Part shown: piece after piece, positions 52,611 to 63,150 of the stretch
Layout of the letters: every line of letters starts with the position of its first letter
Position numbering within the stretch: position 1 is the first letter of the stretch
NCBI RefSeq assembly: GCF_030684315.1
Contig: NC_081355.1
Location: forward strand, 85,460,924-85,524,923
Source of the DNA: Stegostoma tigrinum
Lineage: Eukaryota
DNA: 64,000 nt
Reading direction: 5' to 3'
Notes under the pieces: generated by a model
Databases searched by the model: none
What the model saw: the letters and a program-made list of their open reading frames with translations, nothing else
Told to the model about the DNA's origin: nothing
Translations under genes and position numbers: made by a program

Positions 52611-53519
52611 TCACATAGTTAAAATGAAAATGATCATTCATTAAATAAAAAGTATGAACTCTAGTCAATTTCATTTTTGTCATCCCCAGCACATGGACTG
52701 CATATGTTGCTTTTAAAATATGCAGGTCTCCTAAAGGTTGTCGGCTGTTCATATGATATCTGCTCCTTCGAGGGCAATGTTCTTTCTTGGGAGACTGTTG
52801 TTCAGATGATGAGTGCTGTTACCATGGTAGTTTTTGCTGACTCATTTCCATTGCTTGGGAATGGTGGATCGATGGAACTGATGGTTGTTCTGTACTTTGT
52901 ACTAGTGGTGAGATTACATCTTCCTGATCAGCTGCCTGTAGTGAAGTCACAGCTTTCCTTGTGCATACAGACCTGTGGATGCAACAGTACATCCAGTTGT
53001 TAATGTTCACTGCATCTGATCAGTTATTGAACATGGATCCCAGGTTTTTTCTAAGTTGAGACCAATAAATGTTTGCACAATAACTTGCTCTCCATTGCAC
53101 AGTTTTACCAAAGTGAAATTCAGCTTTCTGCCATTTCATTTGGATTTTGTTACTTGCGCCTTGCTACTACTTCTGGGCTCAATAACTTTTTCCTGCTGGA
53201 AGAGTAGTTTGGCTCCAGTGTGACATTACTCTTTGGACTGAATGGTTTCAGGAGTTGTATTTTGTTACTCAAGGCCTTGTACAAGCTTTGCTCAATTTAG
53301 TTACGATTCTTTGGTGATTTTCACTGCTGTATCAGCCTTTCCATTTGACTGGGGATGCTGTTGACTTGATCTATGATATTGGATTCCTCAACTCTTCAGA
53401 AAACAGCTGCATTCTTTACCTATGAATTGAGGCCATTGCCGCACACTCAATTTCTGGAATGTCCTGATGACTAAAGTGTAGTGTCAGGCATCCTACAAGC
53501 TCAGTGGTGGTCAGGTGGT

Positions 53520-55600
53520 AGTTATAGAGTCATAGAATCAGACAGCATTGAACTAAGCCTTTTGGTCCTCCATGTCTATGCTGACCAACAAACACTAAAC
53601 TTCACTAAGCCCATTTACCTACACTTGATCCATAGGCCGTTGAGTGCTGGCATTTTAAGTCCTCATCCAGATGCTGCTTAAGTGTGGCGAGAAGGTCTGC
53701 CTCTATCACCCTCAAAGGTAGTATGTCCCATATTTCTACCACCCTCTCAGTAAAAAAAAATTCTGAAATCTCCTCACCTTAAACTTATGCCCACTGGTCT
53801 TAGACAAGCCTGCCATAAGGAAACGATTCTCACCATCTATCCTGTCAATACTTCTCATCATTTTATATATCTCAATCAGATCCCCCCTCAGGCCTTTCTG
53901 CTCCAAGGAAAACAAACTCAACCTGTCCAGTCTCTCCTCATAACTGAGATTTTTCATCCTAGGCAACATCCTGGTGAAACTCCTTGCACCCTCACCAGTG
54001 CAATCACATCTTTCTGGTATTGTAGTGACCAAAACTGCACATAGAATTCCATCTGTAGCCTAACCAACGTTTTATAAAGTTGCAACAAGACTTCCCTGTC
54101 CCTATACTCTATGCCCCAGCTAATGAAGGCAACCATCCCATATTCCTTCTTTACCACCCTGGTTACCTGTGCTGGCACCTTCAAGGATCTATGGTCTTGT
54201 ACACCAATGTCTCTTTGTTCCTTAGTCCTCTCTAGACACCTACATTCATTATTTTGATCCTTCCCTTATTGGACCTCCTTAAATGTATCAGCTCGTACCT
54301 AACAGGATTAAATTTCATCAGCCATTGTTCTGCCCAATTTAACAGCTGATCGATATTCGACTGCAGTCAGACACCATCCTCCTTGCAATCAACAACACCA
54401 TCAATTTTTGAGAGATAGTAGGAACTGTAGATGCTGGAGAATCTGAGATAACAAGGTGTAGAGCTGGATGAACACAGCAGACCAAGCAGTATCAGAGGAG
54501 CAGGAAGGCTGATGTTTTAGGCCTAGACCCTTCTTCAGAAGAAGGGTCTAGGCCCGAAACATTAGCCTTCCTGCTCCTCTGATGTTGCTTGGCCTGCTGT
54601 GCTCATCCGGCTCCACACCTTGTTATCTCTTACCATCAATTATTGAGTCACCTTCTGCATTCACATCCAAATCATTAATGTATGCAACAAACAGCAATGA
54701 TGCCAGCACTGATCCCAGTGGTACACAGCTGTTCATAAGCTTCCAACCACAAAACAACCCTCCACCATTATCTTTCATCTCCTATTTGAAAGCCAATTTT
54801 GGATCCAATTTGGTAACTTGCTCTAGATCTCATAGCCTGTTACCTTTTGGACCAGCCTTCCATGTTGAACCTTGTCAAAGGCTTTACTGAAGTCCATTTA
54901 AACTATATGAACTGTGCTACCCTCATCAGTGTATTTATTCACCCTCTCAAAAAATTCATTTAGGGGTCAGACAGGAGCTCCTCCAACAAATCTGTGCTGA
55001 CTATTCCTGGTTAACTACCACCTTTTCAAGTGTTGATTAATATTGTATCTCAGCATTTTTTTCCAGTAATTTCTCTATCACTGCCCTATTCCTGCTGCCT
55101 TTCTTGAACAAAGGAACCATATTAGCCATCCTCAAGGCATCTGGCACTTCTGCTATGGCCAGCAAAGTATTAAATATCTGCTACGGCCCCAGAAATCTCC
55201 TCCTTTGTCTGCCACAGCCGCCTGGGATACATCTCATTAGGTCCTGGGGATTTATGCATTCTTATGCCTGCTGAAACGTCTAACACCTTCTCCTTGTTAA
55301 TCTTAACATTTTCAAGAACATCACTATCCCATGGAAATCTCCAAACGCAATGTCTTTCTCCTTTGGGAGTACAGATGAGAAATGTTCATTTAAGACCTCA
55401 CCAACATCTGCTCACTCCATGCAAAGATTCACCCTTTGGTCTCTAACAGGCTCCATTCTTTCCTTTATAATCCTCTTAATCTTAATATATTTATAAAATG
55501 CCTTGGGCTTTTTCTTAGTCCTATCTTCCAAAGATAATTAATGATCCCTCTTTGCCCTTCTAATTTCTTTCATAAGCAACCCCCTACACTCGCGATACTT
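53520..55600 (-). mobile_element. CR1 LINE 3' portion nested in the Gypsy element
   Basis: CR1 ORF2 motifs (LQLYKTLVR, SLEQKGLRGDLIEIYK) are present. This copy is itself interrupted by the PLE-A palindrome. Confidence 0.85.
54413..54631. mobile_element. PLE-A near-perfect palindromic dimer inserted in a CR1
   Basis: The arms meet at CCCTTCTTCAGAAGAAGGG (about 54528-54546). The TSD ACCATCAATT(T/A)TTGAG is at 54397-54412 and 54632-54647. Confidence 0.85.
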
Positions 55601-55969
55601 TTGAAGGTGATAGTGACAAGAAAATCAGTCCTCATGAGAATGATGAGGTCTGTTCCAAGCTTCGGTACTGCTCTGTCTTGGATGTCATGTGTTATATGCA
55701 GTTCTTTAGTGCAGGCTGATGTGGTCTTATTCTCATAACTCATATTTAGCCAGTTGAGAACTCCTCTTGCTTTCCTCAGACTTATTTCCTTTACAGCATA
55801 GATGTGCCTCAGTATCTCTTTCCGCACCTCCTAAGGGATAATGATTCTATTTCCATTCTCCGAGGTGCTAGCTTGGACTATCACTTTGTCTCGGAATGTC
55901 TGTTGCTGTCTTCTAGAGATATGTATTCTTTTATGTTCCTGAAGATTCGCATCTTCCTAGCAGATGCTG

Positions 55970-56545
55970 CAAGGTTTTGCTGTAGCTCTACAAAACCCTG
56001 GTGAGACCACATTTGGAATATTGTGTCCAGTTCTGGTCGCCCTATTATAGGAAAGATGTGGAGGCTTTGGAGAGGGTGCAAAGGAGGTTTACCAGGATGC
56101 TGCCTGGACTGGAGGGCTTGTCTTACAAGGAGAGGTTGACTGAGCTCGGACTTTTCTCTCTGGAGAGAAGGAGGAAGAGAGGTGACCTGATCGAGGTGTA
56201 CAAGGCATGGATAGAGTCAAAAGCCAGAGACTTTTCCCCAGGGCAGGATTGACTGCCATGAGGGGTCATAGTTTTAAGGTGTTAGGAGGAAGGTATAGAG
56301 GAGATGTCAGAGGGAGGTTCTTCACCCAGTGAGTTGTGAGTGCATGGAATAGTTTACCAGTGGAAGTCATGGAAGCAGTCATTAGTGACATTTAAGCGAC
56401 TGCTAGACATGCACATGGACAGCAGTGAATTGAGGGGAATGTAGGTTAGGTTATTTTATTTTTGGATTAGGATTATTCCACGGCACAACATCATTGGCCG
56501 AAGGACCTGTACTGTGCTATACTTGCCTATGTTCTATGTTCTATC
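55970..56545 (+). mobile_element. Young CR1 LINE 3' fragment with a short 5' inversion, nested in the Gypsy element
   Basis: It encodes [35 protein letters not shown] and ends in a (TATGTTC)n tail. Confidence 0.9.
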
Positions 56546-57109
56546 TTGTAGTACAGCTTGCTTGGTTTGAGTAAGATGCTTTTTCTTTTAGATTCTATGT
56601 CCCTACTGGGTTATTGACTTTCTAGCCATGTCAAATTGTTGCTTCACATTGAATCTTGAAGACTTCCCATTGTGTCCTAGCAGTTTCAATTTTACGCACA
56701 GGGAGTATGTCTCCTTGCAGCATGGTGACAACTGTCCATTTGTTTTCATTCCATATTTTTGGCATCTGGATGGTTTCTCCACTAAATAAATAATGTTATT
56801 TATGGATGTTTTGAAGAGGTCAGAAGTGATTTGAGGAAGGTCTTCTGAAGCAGCTTGTTGATAGTTACTAGTACAAACTTCAGACTTGTTTCAACTGAGA
56901 TCTATGGATTTAACTTACATCTAATATCTGGAGCATCGGATGCTCGTTCATCCTTTCACTTCGGACTCCCAGCTTCACTTTACCTTTTGTGATGGTGAGC
57001 ATTTCACCATGTAGTCGCACCCTTACTTTTGAGGCCTTCATTTTTGGGTCACCATTTTAAGCCAATTACAGAAGTCCATAAGTGGTAATGGTATTGAATT
57101 TCAACTTTC

Positions 57110-59430
57110 CAAATGTAGACTGGGACTGCCATGGTGTTAAGGGCTTGGAAGGAGAGGACTTTGTTAAGTGTGTACAAGAAAATTTTATTATTCAGAATGT
57201 GGGTATACCTACTAGATTAGGGAAAGGATATACTGGATATAAAACTTAAAGTTCTAGATTGGAGGAAGGCCAATTTTGAATGTATTAGGTGAGAACATTC
57301 AAAAATTGATTGGAGGCAAATATTTGCAGATAAAGGGATGGCTGGAAAGTGAGAAGCCTGCAAAAATGCGATAACACAAGTCCAGAGACAGTATGTTTGT
57401 GTTAGGGTGAAGGGTAAGGCTGGTAGGTGTAGTGAATGCTGGATGACTAGAGAAATTCATGTTCCGGTCAAGAAAAGTAAGGAAGCATACGTCAGGTATA
57501 CATAGCAGGGATCAAGTGAACATCTACAGGAGGACAAGGGTAGTGGGAGTACGCTGAAGGGGAAAATCAGGAAGGCAAAAAGGGTTCATGACATTGGCTT
57601 TGGCAAATAAAGCTAAAGAGAATCCAAAGGGATTCTACAAATACATTAAAGATGAAAGGGTAACGAGGCAGAAAATAGAGCCCCTTAAAGAGCAGCAAGG
57701 CCACCTACTAATCTGACCGCAGAAGACGTTTGAGCTACTAAATGAATATTTTGTGTCAGTGTTTACAATGGAGAAGGATGTGGAAGATAAAGAACTTGGG
57801 GAAATAAATAGCAAAATATGAAAAATATCCATATTACAGAGGCTGTATTGCTGGCGCCTTAAAATGCATGAAGATGGATAAATCCCAGCGACCTGATCAG
57901 GTGAACTCTAGAACTCTGTGGGAAGCTCAGGAAGTGATTGCTGGGCCCCTTGCTGAGATATTTGTATCATCGATAGCCACAGGTGAGGTGCCAGAAGACT
58001 GGACATTGGCTAAAGTGGTGCCATTATTCAAGAAAGGTGGTATGGAAAAGCCAGGGAACTATAGATAAGTAAGCTTGACATCAGTGGTGGGAAAGCTATT
58101 GGAGGCATTTCTGAGGGACAGAATTTACATGTATTTGGTGGGCAAGGACTGATGAGGGATAGTTAACATGGTTTTGTGTGTAGGAAATCATATTTTGAGT
58201 GAGTTTTTTTGAAGAAGTAACAACGAGGATTGATGAAGTCGAAGCGGTGGACATGGTCTATATGGACTTCAGTAAGGCATTCAACAAGGTTCCTCATAGT
58301 AGACTGGTTAACAAGGTTATATCACAAAGAATACAGGGACAACTTGCCATTTGGATACAAAATTGGCTCGAAGGTAGGAGACAGAGCGTCATGGTGGAGG
58401 TTTGGCTTTTTGGACTGGAGGCCAATGACCAGCAGTGTGCTACAAGGATCGGTGCTTTTTGTCCTTTATGTGAGTGATTTGGATGTGAACGTAGGAGGTA
58501 GCGTTAGTAAGTTTGCAGATGACACCAGATTTGCTAACGTAGTGGACAGCCAAGAAGGTTATCTCAGAGTACAATGGGACTTTGATCACATGGGCCGATG
58601 GGCTGAGAAGTGGCAGATGGATTTTAATCTAGATAAACATTAGGTGCTATGTTTTAACAGGGGAAGTCAGGGGAGGACATGTACACTTGATGGTGAGGTC
58701 CTGGGGAGTGTTGCTGAACCAAGAGAACTTGGAGTGCAGGTTCACAGCTCCTTGAAAGTGGAGTTGTCGGTAGACCAGATAGTGAAGAAGGTATTTGCTA
58801 TGCTTGCCTTTATTGGTCAGTGCCTTGAGTATAGGAGTTGGGAGGTCATGTTGCAGGACATTGTTTAGGCCATCTTTGGAATCCTGTGTTCAGTCTGGTC
58901 TCCCTGCTATAAGAAGGATGTTGTGAAATTTGAAATGGTTCAGAAAGATATTACAAAGATGTGGCCAGGCTTGGAAGGTTTGAGCTGTAGGGAGAGGCTG
59001 AATAGGCTGGGGCTATTTTCTTTGGAGCATCAGAGGTTAAGGGATGACCTTACAGATGTTTATTAAATTGTGAGAGCCATGGATATAGTGAATAGTCAGG
59101 GTCTTTTTCTCAGGACAGTGGTGTCCAAAACTAGAGAGCATAGGTTGAGGGTGAGAGGAGAAAGATTTAAAAGGGACCTAAGGGGCAACACTTTCACACA
59201 GAGGGTGGTGCATGTGTGGAATGGGCTGCCAGAGGAGGTGGTGGGGGCTGGTACGATTACAATATTTAAAAGGCATCTGAATGGGTGTATGCATAGGAAG
59301 CGTTTAAAGGGATATGGGCCAAATGCTGGCAAATGGGACTTGATTAATTTAGCATACCTGGTCAGCATGAACGAGTTGGTCTGCTTCCGTGTTGTACATT
59401 TCTACGTCTCCATGCCTCTAAGTCTGTGAT
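57110..59430 (+). mobile_element. CR1/HER1 LINE ORF2 (RT domain to 3' end), decayed; the longest copy in the window
   Basis: Motifs include VPEDW..AKVVPLFKKG..EKPGNYR, VDMVYMDFSKAFNKVPH, QGSVL, SKFADDT, WAEKWQMDFN and FTQRVVHVWNGLP, followed by a 3' tail. Confidence 0.95.
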
Positions 59431-60125
59431 GCTCATAGATTAGACAAAGAAGCAGTCCTTGTATCCTACACCTTGATTTCAATGTATAAATAATTAGCAG
59501 ATGTCCTATCCATTCCACAGCCTCATTTTGAGTATGTAATAGTAGATCAATATTTTCCATCTACGGTTTATTTTCACAATGCTTTCATGTTTTGTCTGAG
59601 AACATAGACATCTCCTGGACTGTTTTTAACCATGTCAATTCCCTGCTGGTACCTCATCTGAGTAACAATTTTCGTTAGAGTGTTGATGAGTAATTTAACA
59701 GTGGAGGAGAGCAATATCACAAGAAATTTATCCTACTCGTGACTCAAAGTCTGCACACATGCACTGTGAGTCTGAAGTCACTGGTGGTGATCAGAAGCAG
59801 GAACCTGGCTGATTTTCTCCTTCCCAGCTCAGGCAGCTGAGGCAGTAATAGGATACTTGATGTTGTATTAGCAAAGGTCAGCTACAGCCTTTTTATTCTG
59901 GAGATAGTATTCCTACTTCGAATGGTGTCTGATTCAGGGTGGAGGTGGGATTGGATGTCAGGGGTCCTGCTATTGCAAGAGGTCAGGAAAGGGGTAGGTC
60001 AGGGGTGTGTGGCAATTTGAGGTGTTAACACATAGTTATCCAGGATTTAGACTCAGTTTCAGATCAACTTTTAATTCATCAAATTAGAGCTTTCCAGATG
60101 AAAGGGTGTTATCCACTGAAATCCA

Positions 60126-60220
60126 TTTCTGAAGAAGGGACCCAACCTGAAATGTCAAGCTTTCCTGTTCCTCGGATGTTGCTTGGCCTGCTGTGTTCAT
60201 CCAACTTCACACTGTGTTAC
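60126..60220 (+). mobile_element. Old PLE-A terminal fragment just upstream of the Kunitz exon
   Basis: It reads CTGAAGAAGGGACCCAACCTGAAATGTC followed by GCTTGGCCTGCTGTGTTCATCC. Confidence 0.7.
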
Positions 60221-60375
60221 CCATTAAAATCTTCAATTTCCCAGGAAACATCCATAGAATCTGTTGTGTTCGGATTTCCATCATTTCATGTTTCTAGGTA
60301 CCAATACATTTGTTTACTAGTTCACATACTAAGATATTTTATAGAAGTTACATGCAACAATTTCTATTTTTCCAG

Positions 60376-60555
60376 TCAACCAAGAAGTCAGCCTGCTGAT
60401 ACCAGTCAAAGGGCCCTGTAAGGCCTCAATCCATCAGCATTTTTACAACATAATTTTTAAGACTTGTGACCATTTCAAATACAGTGGTTGTGATGGTAAT
60501 GGAAATAACTTTCACACTGTGGATGATTGCACGCTGTATTGTCAAGGTGCCAACA
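60376..60555 (+). CDS. BPTI/Kunitz domain exon (TFPI2-like position, divergent sequence, Cys-I replaced by Ser)
   Basis: The acceptor is tttctatttttccag|, the exon is 180 nt in phase 1-1, and the donor is A|GTAAGT. Translation: NQEVSLLIPVKGPCKASIHQHFYNIIFKTCDHFKYSGCDGNGNNFHTVDDCTLYCQGAN. It shows the GPCKA reactive loop, the FxYxGCxGNxNNF signature and the CxxxC end. Confidence 0.9.
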
Positions 60556-61060
60556 GTAAGTTTACATGGAAGTAGTTTTTCCTGTTATGCAATGGGCAGC
60601 TCTATAACAAGTTAGGAAAAAGAAATGTGACAGGAAGGGTGCGAGTTCCTGCTTATTGGAACAGTTTTAAATAGTGCTTGAATAATTGAAACTCTAAATT
60701 GCACAATTGAGGCCTGCAAACTACCCTTCGGAGAACAAAATGTGATTTTATACTTACTCTCATCTGAGTGGACTTTTACTAAGGCAAGATTTAAAATATT
60801 CCCTGCTTTTGAAAATAAACTATCTTTGAAATACGTTTGAGATTATCCTGCAGAAAATTTTACATCTTTACTGCACACACATTTTCAAGAATGACTTCAA
60901 ATTTTGATTATTGTAATTCATTCATCGAAACCCTTATTCCACTCCACCCACATTGATGCTGTCAAAATAGTATTTTTGCTTAAAGTGCTTTCATGAGACA
61001 ATTTATGAGAAAAGACTATTTTCTTTGTCCACAGCATTTTGATTTTTTTCTTCTTTGCAG

Positions 61061-61188
61061 ACATTTCCCTGTTAAAAACACCATACGTGGGACAGAATGA
61101 GGAGGTGTGCTTCCCTCTGCATCCACCAGCCCCACCACCTAAGCTAAACGCCTTCCCTGGGAACAGTCACCAATTCCCCACCCCCTGA
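61061..61188 (+). CDS. Possible terminal exon of the Kunitz gene (Pro-rich tail with one Cys)
   Basis: The acceptor is strong (gatttttttcttctttgcag|). In phase 1 it reads NISLLKTPYVGQNEEVCFPLHPPAPPPKLNAFPGNSHQFPTP*. I have no homology support for it. Confidence 0.3.
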
Positions 61189-62199
61189 AAACCTCTACCA
61201 ATCAAATGCCACATGATCCCTCACTGATCAGAGATTGCTATGTTTCAAATCCAGCACCTGCTCTTGATTCCATTCATAGTTACCTTCTCCCTACTTGGGC
61301 TGACATTTGCTCTGGAATGCTGCCTACCTGGTGTCGTGTCTGCCAATCACATTGACTTCAGGATGGGTTCTTGTCAAAAAAAACACATTGATGTCTGAAT
61401 TTTCCAGGCAAAACACTACCCTTCATCCTGATTTTGAAAACCTGCACTTTGCGGAATCAGGGGTTATACGACAGAGCAGTGTTCTTTAACTTATCATGAA
61501 GCCTGGCTCGAATAATTATATCAGATCTCACTTCCACCTGAAACTAGTGTCAATGATGTCAGGCTGACTGGCAGATGTCAAGCAAGGGTTACATCTTATC
61601 ATGGAAGTTAAATACAATGGAGAATATGGCTAAAGCCACCCTCCTGTTATATGGTTTACACTGTGGCCGTGTGCTATCGACCCATCTGAGGTCGATTGCC
61701 TGCCACTAATCAATATTAATATTCCACCACGTTACAAAAGTAAGTGGCCAAGCATTCAATTCTGGCACTGAAGCCTGATAGCTCCTACCAGGAACATTTA
61801 TATCCTGATAGCCGAAATGTATCCCATAGGTGTATCATCACCTAGAAAGAGAAAATTCATTATCCAGATGAGATTTTATGACAGTTGACAAAGATTTCAT
61901 GGTCATCATTATATTAACTTTCAGTTCCAGCAAGATTACTATTATATCACAACAATAGTTGGACAAGTATCATTCAGGATTCCAGGATCCTGATTTCATT
62001 TTTGGACTTGTACGATGCAGATTGAGCCCATTCTGAATGTCCAAAACCTAAGCCCACCTTCAAGCCTCATTTGAATTGTATTTTTGTCTCTGGGAGATGT
62101 GCAAAGATAGTGGTTAGGTTTTCTTCTCAAGTTTTCAACTGGTTGTAAAAACAAACAAGCACTGATTAATTTAGTTTATGAAAGACAGATAATAGAAAT

Positions 62200-63150
62200 A
62201 TGAAGTCATACAGCATGAAATAAAACTTCCAGTCCAACTTGTCCATTGCCAACCAGGCATTCCAATTCTAATCTCATTTGCCAGTATTTGGCCTATTTCT
62301 CTGTAAACCCTTCCTATTCATATTCCTATTCAGATACCTTTTAATTCTTGTAATTATACCTGCCTCTACAACTTCCTCTGGCAGGTGTTCCATACACATG
62401 TTGCCCCTTGGGTCATTTTTAAATCTTTCCCCTCTCAACTTAAACCTATGTCTTCTAGTTTTGGACTCCTAAACCTTAGGAAAGAGACCTTGCATGTTCA
62501 CCCAACCCATGTGTCTCGACTTTATAAACCTCTGTAAGGTCACCCATCAGTCTCTGATGTCTCAGGGAAAAATAACCCCAGGCCCAGCTTATTCAGCCTC
62601 TACCTTTGATTCAAGCACTCCAGTCCCAGCAACATACTTGTAAATCTTTGTGCACCCCCTCAAATTTAACAACACCTTACCTATCGAAGGGTGACCAGAA
62701 TTGAATGCAGTATTGTAAAAGTGGCCTCACCAATATGCTGTACAGCCACAACATGACATCCCAAATCCTAGAGTTAATGTTCCGAGCAATGAAGGCAAGC
62801 GTGTCAAATGCCTTCTTCACCAGCCTGTCTGCCTGCGGCTCCATTTTCAAGGAACTATGCACTTGCGCCCCTCAGTCTCTTTGTTCAGCAACATGCCCCA
62901 GGACCCTACCATTAACTGTATAAGTCCTGCCCTGGTGTGCCTTACCAAGATGGAATGTCTCACATTTATCTAAATTAAACTCCATCTGCCACTCCTCAGC
63001 CCATTGGTCCATCTGATCAAGGTCCTGTTGCACTCTGAGAAAACCTTCACTGTCCATTACACCATCTATTTTGGTGTTATCTGTAAACATACTAAGCGTA
63101 CCCATTCACATCAAAATCATTCATACAAATAACAAAAAACAGTGAATCAC
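62200..63150 (-). mobile_element. CR1 LINE 3' fragment
   Basis: It encodes QWAEEWQMEFNLDKC and LVRPLLQYCIQFWSP. Confidence 0.9.

Larger units (their letters stand above)
52620..57110 (-). mobile_element. Decayed Gypsy LTR retrotransposon pol, split by CR1 insertions
   Basis: A protease-region segment, GDPKMKASKVRVRL, lies at about 56900-57100. The integrase zinc-finger region GNRIIIPxEVRKEILRHI...SLRKARGVLNW...KLGTDL lies at about 55620-55970. The integrase core NGPQFIG...HPQSNGKADTAVK lies at about 53150-53480. Confidence 0.75.

Noticed and set aside
46132-60555. Assigning the symbol tfpi2
   Set aside because: Position and orientation fit, but only one divergent Kunitz domain is visible and it lacks the diagnostic TFPI2 domain-1 residues.
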